DNA from: Azolla caroliniana
Lineage: Eukaryota; Plantae; Polypodiophyta
Length of the DNA stretch: 64,000 nt
Assembly (NCBI GenBank): GCA_043228905.1
Contig: JBHGNT010000001.1
Location: 1,426,001-1,490,000, forward strand
Direction: 5' to 3'
The number at the start of each line of letters is the position of its first letter. Positions within the stretch are counted from its first letter, which is position 1. The notes beneath the pieces are model-generated. The model was not told the origin of the DNA. It worked only from the letters and a program-made list of their open reading frames with translations, and ran no database searches. Below are positions 50,844-64,000 of this stretch, one piece after another. Position numbers and translations under genes: made by a program.

Positions 50844-50908
<65 letters not shown>

Positions 50909-52319
50909 GGGTGTGTTTTATATGTTGTGTGTGTCACTCGCAACATATGGGACACCGAGCTTTTGCCTTGGTCATGTATTAGTTACATCTAAAATATGGA
51001 TGTTGGACACCCATTCTCCATATTGTTCTCATTTTTAAAGTGGGCTCAAACTACACAAGTTATGTTAAAATGGAACGACCAACTATGTAACATATTAGGA
51101 TTTTCCTACATGACCTATGTAGACTTCTATAATTGCTGAACCTTAGCACTATTCAATTGAAATTTGACACATTGCACCAAGGATTGCAATCATGAGTAAT
51201 GCTTAAGTTGTATCGACTTGATACTTGATGGATATTGAAATGGTGATGAATATTCACATAATACGTTAATGTTTGAACTGCAATTACTCCGTCCAATTCC
51301 ATCTTGACTTTGGCATTGCGCATGTCTACAAGTTCTTCATGAGACAAGGGAGATCCTATAAATTATAGTGATAAGCAAAATCCAACTTGATGCCTAAGCT
51401 TCCCCCTTTACACACACACACAACATAGAGGCCACCATATATCATTTCACATTTGTCAAATTTTTAAACAATTAAAGCATTGTTTGGTTAGAATGAAAAC
51501 CATTGAATGGTGAACATGGGATTCTATATTAGATCAACATTTATTGTGCATGCAAGACGATCGATTAAATTCCATACTTTCTCTTGATTGGTGTAAGGGA
51601 TGCAAGATGATTGATTAAATTCCATACTTTCTCTTGATTTGCATAAATAATTAGAATCCGGAACACATTGGAAATTTATGATAAAGTCAATGTACAATGG
51701 GGATGATGAACATAGACCCAATATCAAGCAAGGTTTTCATTAAAACTACCTAAAAATATATGTCCTAATTTGGTGATGGAGTTCCATGAGACCCTTGCTT
51801 TGTTGTCTGCTAGGTGTTTAAGAGCCACATCTACTTGGGGCTAAGTTTACGATGACAACTTCCACATGGCAGTGTTGCTAAAAAATATAGACTAAATGCT
51901 AATATTCTTCTTAATAGGCTCAATTCACGAGGGATTAAAGTATTTACGAAAATTCCAAATTGATTTGTCCACAAGACAAGTGGTGGTGTAAATAATGCTC
52001 TATGGTACGGATTTGGTTAGTTGAGCAAGAGACTGATTTGGTTAGTTGAGCAAGAGAGTGCCAAGAAGACTATGGCATTGCAACCCCCTCCCTCGACCCG
52101 ACCCAGGGCACACCACTCAAAACCGTGGCCACATGGTGACGATTTTCACGTTTTCCTCTCCCTCTTTTTCCAATGCCATTGTTCCCTCCCTTGTGTGAAC
52201 CTGGGTATATCTAACAAGGTATGGTGAATAACAAACAAAACCACCAAGGCGTGTGTACTTGGGAGCAAGGACCTAAAAAACAACGTTATAATTTATGACG
52301 CTGGTAACAAATTAGCTTC

Positions 52320-53202
52320 TAGAGAGAGAGAGAGAGTGTGTGTGTGTGTGTGTGTGTGCATGTTTGTTGTTACCAGGTGAAGGAGGTAATAAAAACAGTG
52401 CATGCAGGATGTAAAAAGGTCAAAGGGGGGGGGGGGGGGGGAGGCTTCGCTCCATAGGAGCTGTAGCAGCAGTCTGTCAGTCTGTCAGTGAAGGTGGAGG
52501 AAGAGAAGACTTTTTAGGTTTATTGGGGAGGGAGGAGGGGGGGGGACTCGTGAGTCTTTTCGTTGGAGATGAAAACCTAACTTCAGAGAATGAAAAGAAT
52601 GAGAGCAGAGAGAGAGAGAGAGAACAGGTGAATAATAATAATTGATGGACAGAGAAGGGGGGGGGGATGATGGGAGCATGACGTAAAAGAGGAAAGAGGA
52701 AGGCAAGAGGGGACTGAGGGGCCATCCATCGATCCATCGATTCCACGTTTGCGTTTGGTAGGACTGACTGACTGACTGACTGACTAAACTCTCTTCTTCT
52801 GCCCCCACCCTTCATCATTATCACTTCTCCTGCTGCTATTATTATTATTATTATTATTTCTAAAACTCATTTTATCCAACATTTAAAAAAAAATGTATGT
52901 AGTCCATAATAACAATAATAGCGTATTTTTGTATGTATAGGAAAAGCTTTGTGTTCTTGTTAGGTTTTTTTTCCCCCCTTCAAGAAGAAAAACTTAGCCT
53001 GCACAAAGAAGAAGAAGAAGAAGAAGAAGAAGAAGAAGAAGAAGAAGATGTAGTTAGTTGTTATGGAACTAGGTGGAGGCAAATGTGCAAATGTGCAAAA
53101 AGCAAGAAAGCAAACCAAAGAGGCAAAAGAGAGAACGTAGAGAAGAATTGATGCCTGCCTGGCTCCACTCCTCTCAGCCTGGTTAGCAGTCAGTCAGTCA
53201 AT

Positions 53203-53256
<54 letters not shown>

Positions 53257-53460
53257 TCTATACCCTACCCCCCCCCCCCCCTTTTTACACCAATTCATAC
53301 ATAGCCCTGCGTCTCCCTTTTTCACCTTTTCTTTTTTCTTTTTCCCCTGCCTGCCTTCCTCTACTTCTTCTTCCTCTTCTCCAAACTTTTTATTTATATA
53401 TCCAACCATTTTAGCCAAGTCTCTGTCTCTTTCCCTTTTCCCTCTGATTATTATTACTTA
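52320..53460 (-). promoter_or_regulatory. Promoter-like non-coding island
   Basis: TATATAAATAAA on the minus strand at 53400-53389, then (GA)n, (TGAC)n, (CTT)n and C/G runs. No credible CDS. Confidence 0.35.
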
Positions 53461-55518
53461 TTATACTAGCACAAGTTTTATTTACATACATATACAACTC
53501 TAATTTTAATATCTACGTAGGAATAAAAAAAGGAAAGACCCCTCCCCTTTTTATTCCTTCCAAAAATCCTAAGGAAAACAAAAAATTAAAAACAAAAGAT
53601 AATCTTTTGTCGACGAGACACCACCCCTCATGAATTTCAAGCCAACTCAAAATTCTCCCCTTTACCTATCATGAGCTTGAGATCTCATTTTCCATTTTTC
53701 TTTTCGAAGAAACCCCTCCCCAATGCTCACTCAGTCAGCCGACCAAGGGACCAGGTCATGATTCGAATTATCTTTATGACATATTGAGGTTCTGCAATCA
53801 ACACTTGTTGAATCTCGACAACCTCGATAACTGTATGTGAAACATGCCAAATTCCGTAATAAACAAGTTCCATTGCTTCACTCCTCAACATAGCTCTTTG
53901 TGTTTTACAATACCTTATACTTGCCGACGTGATTGCGCTCTCTTATGTCACCATTTATCGATCACAATGTTGCTCATGAAAAAGCCTTGCTTTTCTCACA
54001 TGCTAAAGTTGGGTTCCCATGTTAAAAAATAAAGGTTGTCAAACCTTCTTCTACAAATATGCAACTAATGACCGCATAAAACTATATAGATTTTCAAGTC
54101 CTCACGAGATTAAGAACACAATGGGGCCAAAGAATTGCACGTTCTTGTCCCTCATCCGTGAATTGTAAGAAATTCTAGAAGAAGACAAATGGTTGAAAGC
54201 TTGACATCTTTCTAAGATTCCTAATCTCAAGATTCGTCTCATTTGCAATTTACTTAGGTTTCTACTATGTCAATCCAAACCCGAAATGTTGGATGAATTC
54301 CATTGATTAAGCATGCAAACTTAAGTTAGGATGAGCTACAAATGACATAAGCTCGTTGTTTTTACCTTTGCTACTTGTGCTCAAATTTCGTTTGATGCCA
54401 TCATCATATACATCAATTGCGAGCCATGGTTCACATGCAATTATGATGGCTTTCCATTTTGCCAAAGTCCTTCTCAAATTCTCCTCCATAAATCATATTA
54501 GAGCTCTTTTGAAGTTAGCATGGCATTCAAAAGAAATTATCCAAACAAATGATCAAGCATTATATCATCACACATTCATTAGGTCCAGGTAAATCAAGAA
54601 GAAGACAAATGATTAAAAAATACACATATTTTTTATATATAAGTTCAAGGTCTTTCTTTGTTGGAGCCTGCAAAACCTAGTCATGAAAGTCTTGTGTGAC
54701 TCCAAGCTAACATGTCAGTGAAGGCTAGCATTTGGCAACCTTGAATTTTTTTAATGTTCTTAAAAGACACGAGGAGAATGGCTTCAGGCTATAATTGTGT
54801 CACATTACAAATATCTTTTTCTCAATAATTGTATGTTCCATCAACTATTGCATCATCAAATCCGACCACATGTTTTTAAGTTTAAAGGTGCTTTCACATT
54901 TGAACACCAACAAGTTGTAACGATATTGCAAAAAAATTGGATTTTATCTTAGGTTGTAGTAATCACTATATATGCATAAAACTATTAATTTACTAAAAAG
55001 GGACCATTTTGGGGTTAATTTTGCCAGGATTCAACTCCATCTAATCTCTACATGTTACCTATTTGAGTGGACACGCTCGTCTTTCCACTGACTTTTGCAA
55101 GAATTGTACCAATTTGAAGTTGCCTTGAGGTGCGAGACCAACTTTGGGGAGAAAAGACTATTGAACTAGAGATGAAATAAACAATCTAGTACCTTAGCCA
55201 AGCCAAACAAGATTGGTGGACAACACATTAGATAGAACTAGAGATGATGTACTTCATTGCTCTAATAGTCTTCCACCACTAGCTCTTCCTTGTTATGTTG
55301 GTGCCCAAGAGTGAATCCAACCTAAGAAACACATTCCTTGTTAGATACCACATGGCATAGACAATACGGTATGTGCTACATTTACATATTTATGTTTCTT
55401 ACGTATGTAAATACTCGTATATCAATTATTTCTAGATCAAAACCATCCATCCTTTCCACTTTCTATAAAGGTGTTTTTATTTTTTCTATAAAAAATCTCA
55501 TCGGAAATTCTCCTTTGG

Positions 55519-55558
<40 letters not shown>

Positions 55559-58500
55559 ATAAGAGAGAGAGATTTGGATTAAAGAAGAGTAGTCTTTTGA
55601 GACCATTCCTTTTCCTTTAGACCAAGGGAATCCTACATACATATTAATGCTTATTAATTACTTTTTATTCTAAGGGTGATAAGGAGTACAATTGCATTGT
55701 ATGAAACCATCGTATCATTAATCATGATCATACCTTACACCCTATTTATTTGCATGGGATAGATAGATATGTTGGACTCTTCATGTTCATCCTTGCATAC
55801 ACACCAATGACAACACATAACCATTGTCATGCATATTAGCATGCACCTTCGATTAAAATGACCATGTAATTTTGTAAAGAACATGTTATGTATATCATTT
55901 TAAATCTGACGATTCTCAAACATGTGGATTTTTATTAGATTAGATCACACAAAAATAATGGGTCTCACATTCTTTGTCAATGAAGACAACAGAATATTAC
56001 ATATCATGCTATGCTGATATACATCCCCAAAAAGGAATGTTTGGGATGCGGATGGACTCTGGCCTTGGAGGGCTTAGAGTATTTAAGTTAATCCAAGACA
56101 ATAATACCCAATATAGAAATATGTCAATGTGTGCAAACATTCCAACCAAAACCTACTAGGTGCTACATTATTAGTGGAGGATGCATACATTGAAACAACT
56201 TATACATGTCAAAAGCCTAACCTTAAATAATCAAAATAAACATGAGGACCATTAGTACGCTCGTTGATGCACAACTATAATATTCCCATACGATGTGACA
56301 CTTTACTCACGTAGTGTGTGTGGATGTTAACTTAACTTATGGTTTTATGCAAGGTTCTTTTACATTGGTAATGATACTTTCTCTTTTCCAAATTGTAAGG
56401 GACTCTTATTCGTGTGACTTGTGACATTGTGTCATGGTCGTAAACCTTAGCATGCATCTATCCGAATACGAATAGGCCATTCAAGCTAGCCCAACACAAA
56501 AGCATCATTTATGAACAATGTAAATGTCAATGTGTGCAAACATCCCAACCAAAAACTATTAAGGGCTACTCTATAATTGAAACGGGCAAAGGATGCACAA
56601 AGAATTGAAACAACTTGATCCTATTTAAGCCTAAACATGGATATATAATAATAATAAATATGCATTTATGCTTAATGATAATGTCCTGGCCTTATCTCTT
56701 TGACACGACACTTTACCCAATCTACTGGCTCTTTTAGAATTATAGTTGTCCATAATGTAGCTTTAAACATATAATAACAATTACTCTCTTAAACTCATGT
56801 GAATTGTAGAATAAATTAATTAATTTGGATGGATGATATCAAAATCTCAAGGCAAGTACATGACTGGAGTCAAATAGACAACATATTGAAACACAATCCT
56901 TGTGCTTTCACTCGATCTCTAATGTAGCAATTATACCTATTGCATTAGAATTCCAAGTTTGGATATAAACAATTCACAAATGTCATCACAATTGCAAATG
57001 AGATTTAGGTTGATTTACAAAATTACTATTTTAAAGAGATTCATTGGGTGACACTCTATAATTCGTCTCAAAGAAATTTGATACATGTTTCCTTTACTTT
57101 ACAAGTACTCCACAAATAGAGGTTGGTCTAGATTCTAACCATGTGGTGGAGCGGCATTCGTTTGTACTAGTGAAAATGCAGTGAAGAATTCGCTTACATA
57201 TTCATATGGATGACATAATCAGTTGGCCTAATACTAAAGCATGTGCATGATGTGCTCTACTATTGTTATGAATAATGTCATAAAATGATGCTTTAAGAAG
57301 CTACTTTGATGAGGACCTAAGTTCTCGTGATGTGCTAAAAGCAAAATTGAAACTTGTAGATCCACCATCAAGCACCACTCAATAGAGAAATCATAAAAAT
57401 GTGTTGTATGATTGGAATGTTTTGCATTTAAAAAGGTGGTTGCTCATGATAGGGAGAGGAAGAAGTACTATTTTATGTTTTTCCTTCAATTCATATACCT
57501 TGAAGAGAAAGGCCTACGAGCACTGTGTCGTTCCAATGGATCCAAGGAATGTGTAACCATAAACTTAATATTTACTACGAAATTGAGTTCTCTTCTCCTA
57601 CACATAGAAACTATAATGGGCTTGTTTCTTCTTGTCACTAGTTAGATAGTAGTCTTTTATTATTTTCAATAGTGTTAGGATCGATAAATACATTGGCAAC
57701 ACCCTATATGTTCACTTTGTGTCTAGTTTCATTAATATCATGGGAACATCTCATGAAAGACAATAAATACCTTGCACACATGTATTCCATTGTCACAAGG
57801 GCTTATCCATGTGCTTGTGTAGATAACAAAGTTGAGTAATTTTCAGAATAATGGTTTGGCCCCAAAATTTTGCAAGTTGAGTCATTTTCACGAATCACAA
57901 TAATAATTTGACATCGAAATTTTGCCAGCAACTAAATGGAACTCCAAGGATTCTAAAACTAATAATTACATGCTCGATATGGTATGAGCTCTTGATTAAA
58001 TTTTCTAGCAACGTTTAATGGAAAAGGACAAGCATAAGTAAATTAAGGAGGACATTCATCTAAAAGCAACCACATTTTCGTCTATATCATTGTTAGATTC
58101 ATGGCCTTCCAAAGTCATTTACATATATATTTTTAATTGTTGATCTCTATGTATTAAAAAATGTTACAAACTTAGAAGATAGAGAAAACATACATGTATA
58201 TGATCACATTTGTACTTTTGGCAACATCAATCTTTATGTGTCATTCTTTTGGAGTCAGAGAAATTAAATTTTTACAAGGCTTTCCACTTTACGAGCTGAA
58301 AATTCTCCTAATGAATGGTGGGGGATAAATGTAATGTGGTGAAAGAAAATCCCACCTTGTTCTTTCCTTGGTCTAGCCTTGATTAGTTTGAAATCAGGGA
58401 ATTCCTTTATTTTCTAATTAAGAACATACCCATTAATGTTAGGTTAGTGATTTAAATCAAGCGTATGTTTAAATTTGAATGCCAATATCCAACAAACATG

Positions 58501-61500
58501 TGCCTTACAAAAAAAAAATACTCACTGTGATTGAGATGCTAAGGGGCTCACTACCCATTATGAATGTCATTAGGAAAAATCTGGAGTCAAAACTAGGCAT
58601 TTTGAGATATGTCATGTCATTGATTAACTTTTGCATTCAAGGTTGTCTTAAGATTTAAGTAAATGTTCTAGAAAACTCTATTATCATTTGAAAGACCTTA
58701 ATGAGAGGATTCAACCACCCCATAAACCCATTTCCTAATTTGTCAAGAGGGAGCCGTTTTGGGATAACCTAAGGGCTTACAACGCTCAATCTCCCATAAG
58801 CTCATGTTGTGATTGGTCAAGATAGAACTGTTTTGGAATAACCCAAACGTTTGAAAGGCTCAAGTTTGAGCGCAGAATTTAGTGATATTGCCATTATATA
58901 TATAGTTTGACTATATTCTTATGTGATATTAATTGTGATATCTAATAAATGTTGAAAGGCATGAGTTGGAAGACAGTGTATGAAGTCAAGACAACATTGA
59001 ATTTCCTCACTGAATATGTCTTTATTATCTCTAATGGGCGAGAGTTGTAAAAAGGGATCTAATTTATGGATGAGGAAACCAAAATAATGATGGAGTGTTG
59101 TTTTATCACAAATTCATACATCTACAAACAAAAGAGTTGTAGTAATCACGTGTAGAATTATGTGTTGCAGCATGCAATGGCAAAATGTGTTTACCATTAG
59201 CAACCATGTCCCTTAAGATTCAACATCGGCGTACAAACACTATACAAACGGTGACCATCGAGAAACACGATGCCATCTTTAATAAGGGTCCAAAGTGGTA
59301 TTATTTATTCTCCTCTATGTTGATCGTGTGTTTGTTCTTGTATGCACACATGACTTTGACTTTGTCTCCTAGCCAAGTTATACCTTAGTTAGTCATCTAA
59401 TTATAAGATTGGACAATATAAAGTAGTGACAATGTGTGAGATTGGCAACACTGACATGACCTCAATGGGCTATTCCGAGCGGATGAGTGTCGTTAGATCA
59501 TCGACATACTCCCTATCACATCAACAATGAAGGTTTTAATTTGTATATCAAATACTTGAACAATTTGGTTGCAACTTCAACTAGGCAGGGAGATAGATAT
59601 TCAAAAAAGCTTATGACAAAATATACGCATCACATGTTTGGGCATTTCACAAACAAGCAATGATGTATATAAAAATGGCTCAACCTAGAATTTGGGCTAC
59701 AAATCCATTATCTTGAACGCTATTGCATGTTCATATCCCTTGAATTTTAATTGGCAATATTGATTCTATTCTTTCGTAGACCAAACCTTGTCCTCTACCA
59801 AACAACGGATTGTTGTAATATAAGAGACATCCAACACCTGTCTCCCATTGATTCTATTCCTTCTCCTCTTAATATGTAGTTTAAGGGGCATAATTCCCGA
59901 TTTCATCATCATTAATTCACAACAAATAATATCATTGTTGTCTCGGTTTTACTTTGTTTAGCTAATATAAGTGCTCTAGAACAAAACTATTTAACCATAA
60001 GTATTGAACTCGTTTTTTATAATTACAATCACTAAAATTTTCTCAATTACTCGAGGTCTTTCTATGTTAAGGAATTACGAACTATATTGCTATGTGTTGT
60101 GGTATCGGATTTGGTTTCAAGAAACCATGTAAAGGTAAAGAAGGCCAAGGCATGCATAAGTCAAATCATTGTTAGCACCAAAGAGGAAACATATCAGGCT
60201 TTGCTAGACAAGTAGTCACCCAGTGTCATGGTTATCTTGCTCGCATTACCTTTGGCTATTTGAACAGTTTCAAAGCAAATCACAATTTTATGTGCGAAAT
60301 TCTGAGAAGAATAACTTAGAATCCTAATAGTTTTGTAGGAAATCTCACAGTCACATTTTTTAATCTATAAGATGCTTATAGGGATTTCTAGTAATGTTGT
60401 GATACATGATAGAATATTTGTGATGTTGATGTTCCCATATTGGTACAAGGGTAGTGTGAAAACCCTTAGAATTATGAATTTTAGTTCTTCGTGGAGTATT
60501 TTATGCTCCAATCCTTCAACCTTCCCGAAGTTTGCGAAATATTATTGCCTCTGAATTAAACATTTCAACTTTCGCTGAAAGTCAAAGGAGGAGGTTTTGG
60601 AAGGTCCAATGTTAAATTACAATATCACAATTCTCTACAAAGCTCTATAATAGCTACGATAAGGGTTCGAAAATTCTAGGAAGTCAACAGAAGTTTTTAT
60701 ATTGCAAGAAAATAGTTGAATTACAAGTTGATCACATCCAATAAAATTCTAGAAGGTCATAGGTTATTAACTCTTCGGTCTTGCTAACTCTACTTAGGAG
60801 GTTGGTTGTCTCAATTCTCGCCTAGTCTAATATTTTCTTGAATTATATGGTGAATTCGATACTTACCCTAGATATACATAAACTTTATGGGCATGCCTCC
60901 CAAGTAAAAAAGCGTGTAGGTTTGTTCATGTGCTCTGCGCATTGCGGAAACATTGCATACCATTCAATTTGCATATATTCTTGTATATGCCATGTTTTCG
61001 TTAACTGCTTCTATTTAGAGATCACCTATTTATGGCAATGATATATATTGGCATCTCGAATCAACTTCTTAGGATGTCTAAGTAGCTACACGCACAATGA
61101 CACAAGTATTCAAAGCCATTGAACATAACTTTGTGGTCAATAATAAATATCATATCTTCACAAAAAACTATAGAGTTTTGCAGCTAACCACACATGTAAG
61201 TTTATATTAAAAAAGAATTAACATGAACAAATTTCAAGTTCATCCAGTTTCCGGCCTTTGTAAGGGATAGGTACAAACAATACAAGGATATTCTTCGAGT
61301 CACTATTGGCCTTCATGTTAGAAAAGAAGCTCCTTTGCAAGACAAGTACCATAAACATTAGTAGTAGCATTAGTGGATGTAGCATTCAATATGGAGAGGA
61401 TCGAGAACTCAGCCATATTAGAGTATTATGAATAATTTAGAAAGCCATTCATTGATGGAAGCATCTACACGTAAAATAATCTGAGAACAAAAACAAGCTC

Positions 61501-62279
61501 ATTTCTATATTGCAACAATCATCGCAAGCAAGGCCATAGAACATTTGTCCATGAATGTTAAATAAGGTAAATAATGAATTCTGAATGGGTTTGGTGATGA
61601 TACTTGAAGAGTGGTAAAGAACATTTGGTATCAATCTGTCAATGAAAGCAATGGTTAAAGAAGAAATACCCAAGCCTTCATAATGAGCTACCCTTATTAT
61701 GGCCTCAACTTAGACTTGAATGGTGGACATTGAGGTCATATTGGAATGTTTGGAATACTTTTTGTGCCAAAAGCTACAATTCAACATTTGATACCCCTAT
61801 TAATATTGGAGCATGCGTTATTGAAGACAAAATGCTCTATATCATGGCACATTTCATAAACAAGTGGTGTAGCAATTGTTGACACGAAAACTAGTCGGTG
61901 CAATAGTATGCATATATGTACGTCATTGTACTAACATGTTATGCGTCAATAGTATGAGACTCTCATCAATTAGCTACATGAGGGGTATCCTTCTCTATTC
62001 ACTAAGCTTTCATGATTGGAAAGGTTTGGTATCGAGTTACACTACCAAGGTGTGAGCACATCACATGAGGTCTTCTTTTGTTATTGGGGTGGTAGGGTGG
62101 GGAATCGGGACTAAGCTGGAATGTTAGCCTACTGGAAATTAATTAGGCCCTTGGATTATAGGGTGTCTTAAGTGGGGTTCTCTGCCAAGATGACTGTTGC
62201 CTTTGGATTTGAGCTGAATTAAGGAAGCGAGCAAATTCTCCAAAAGTAGGAAAAAACGAGTGAGCCACAATGTCTAAAT

Positions 62280-62283
62280 TAGT

Positions 62284-62328
<45 letters not shown>

Positions 62329-62633
62329 TTACAACAGCTAGAATGTGAATTTTATTGAAGGCAGGAGGCGGCGGACAGAAATTAGGTCCGCATCCAGTGG
62401 GGTGAGGCAGCAACGTCACTCATGGCCATATGGATGGATTCGACGACCCATCTCTCTCTATCTCTCTCTCTTAAATACCTGAACATAATATATATATGTA
62501 TGTACATATGTATATACATATTTGTGTTTTTTTGTTTTCTTTTTTACTTTGATGAAGGGCGGACGATTTCGAAGTGTGTGAGCTTCCCTTCCCTTCACCC
62601 ACGGTCAAACGTGGTGAAAAAAACCCCGCCTTC

Positions 62634-62667
<34 letters not shown>

Positions 62668-63337
62668 GACGTCCCTATTCTCTCTCTCTCTCATGCTTCT
62701 GTCTGTCTCTCTGTCAGTCAGTCAGTAACACACACACACACATATATATCCTTCCTTCATTTTTTTTTTGATATATCTTCTTTTCTTTTTACTGTAGTCG
62801 TCAAGAAATTCTCATTCCCTCTCTCTCACTATTTCTTTTCTCCGACGACGACGACCATTACTACTATTTCCACATCATACATACATACATACACACACAT
62901 ACATATATATGCTATACGTCAACATCGGAGCCCCTTTTTAATTATTTACTTTTCTCCCTTTTCTAGTGTACAACGACAAAACAGCATACACACACCTCTC
63001 TCTCTCTCTCTCTGTGTTGTGTGTATCCACACAAACACACACAGACCTGTCCCACCCCCGGTACCATTTTCTCTCTTTAATCTTCTTCTTCCTTCTTCCT
63101 TCTTCTTCTCCTCTAATTTCCCATCCTCTGTTTGTCTGTCTGTCTGTCTGCTAAGCTCTCTCTCTCTCTCTCTCTCTCTCTTCCTTTGGGAGGGGGGAGG
63201 CTTACAAAAGCTTGATTGTCTCTTCCTCCACTCCACCCTTATCACCTCTCTCTACCCTTCGTCGTTTTCCTCATCCCCTTCCTGGGTCCCCGCCATCGCC
63301 TACACACACACACACACACTCCTTCCCAACCTTCCAA

Positions 63338-63380
<43 letters not shown>

Positions 63381-63722
63381 CCCAATTGAGATCTTCGTCT
63401 CCTCTGCCTGCCTGCTAATCCAGGCAGCTGGATCTTTTAGTCTTGTCTTCTCTCCTCCTTCCAAACTAGTACCCGCCTGCCTGCAAGACTCTGATCCTAT
63501 AGGCACTGCCCAAGGCTCCGCACCCCCACCTGATCCACTGATTCTCCCGGCACCAGGATCAATGGATCCCTTTCATCAGAGGCTATCTGCCGCTAATCAC
63601 TAGTGTCTCCCCCCCCCTCCGCCATTACCTTAATTACGATTCCCTTCTTCTCTCTATCTCCTCTGTTGACCGCCTCCATGCCTAATTCCAGCGCCTCCAT
63701 CCTCTTCCTTCCTTAAAGAAGA
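62280..63722 (+). promoter_or_regulatory. Promoter and long CT-rich 5' leader of the downstream gene, with short uORFs
   Basis: (GA)n, ACGT-core motifs and long pyrimidine/(CT)n/(CA)n tracts. uORFs at 63562-63603 and 63678-63716. Confidence 0.55.
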
Positions 63723-64000
63723 ATGCATGGAGATCGGCAGCTTGACAGCAGCTGCAACTCGCCCGCCATTCTTCGCCATTCCTACTCTGCACCCCCTCTC
63801 CGGATGTTGTTGGACGTGCAATCTAATCTTAATCTCAATCAAGGCGACGCGAAGCAGCTGGTAGACAGTATCAATCAGTATCAGAACGTCCATGGTTACG
63901 AGCCATCTGCGGGAGGAGCACCTAGTACCGATCCACTAGCGGCAGAAGAGCGAGGCTTGTTCAGGACCAAGACTAGCGGTTCTGCACCGGCTGCATCGTC
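63723..64000 (+). CDS. 5' end of an unidentified protein-coding gene, runs off the window
   Basis: Frame from ATG 63723 is open to the window end (MHGDRQLDSSCNSPAILRHSYSAPPLRMLLDVQ...RTKTSGSAPAAS). It is GC-balanced, non-repetitive and follows a typical plant 5' UTR. No recognisable domain yet. Confidence 0.6.
   Translation, partial: MHGDRQLDSSCNSPAILRHSYSAPPLRMLLDVQSNLNLNQGDAKQLVDSINQYQNVHGYEPSAGGAPSTDPLAAEERGLFRTKTSGSAPAAS

Noticed and set aside
53156-53176. TGCCTGGCTCC, matching the 5' half of miR160
   Set aside because: The 3' half diverges completely and no star arm or fold-back was found.
56117-56640. Diverged ~100-bp direct repeats about 400 bp apart (possible mini-LTR/TRIM)
   Set aside because: No TG...CA ends, PBS, PPT or TSD could be identified.
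43000-62200. Scattered 60-100 aa ORFs in the AT-rich region
   Set aside because: No recognisable domains or consistent exon chains. Compatible with random ORFs in decayed repeats.
62422-63603. 393-aa ORF
   Set aside because: Built from (CT)n, (GA)n, (CA)n and pyrimidine tracts that lack stops by composition (LSLSLS, THTHT, ERERE). It is promoter/5' UTR sequence.

Overview
Eukaryotic land-plant nuclear DNA, most likely a fern: spliced GT-AG genes, an intronless PLS-class PPR gene with long 'LL'-type motifs, and abundant GA/CA/TA microsatellites. The first 27 kb is gene-dense. It holds the 3' part of a USP9X/USP24/FAF-like deubiquitinase (+), a broken GAPN/ALDH11 copy (-) head-to-head with a ~1050-aa PLS-E PPR gene (+), and an intact 7-exon RETICULATA-family gene (-). 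Intron 3 of the RETICULATA gene carries a complete 4.8-kb Ty3/gypsy LTR retrotransposon. 27.6-43 kb is a transposon graveyard with a full-length decayed LINE with TSD, a 5'-truncated inverted copy of the same family, and LTR/pol remnants. 43-62 kb has no convincing gene but contains microsatellite-flanked promoter-like islands, and an unidentified CDS with uORFs starts at 63723. The most unusual object is the gypsy element. Its LTRs are apparently identical while its ORFs are dead (TGG>TGA, TGG>TAA, YLDD>YLDN). It has a 4-bp TSD, a tRNA-Ala-type PBS, a G GAA AAC slippery site fused to a TAATG stop-start, and an integrase that reads like animal gypsy lineages. All calls were made by eye with no database search.
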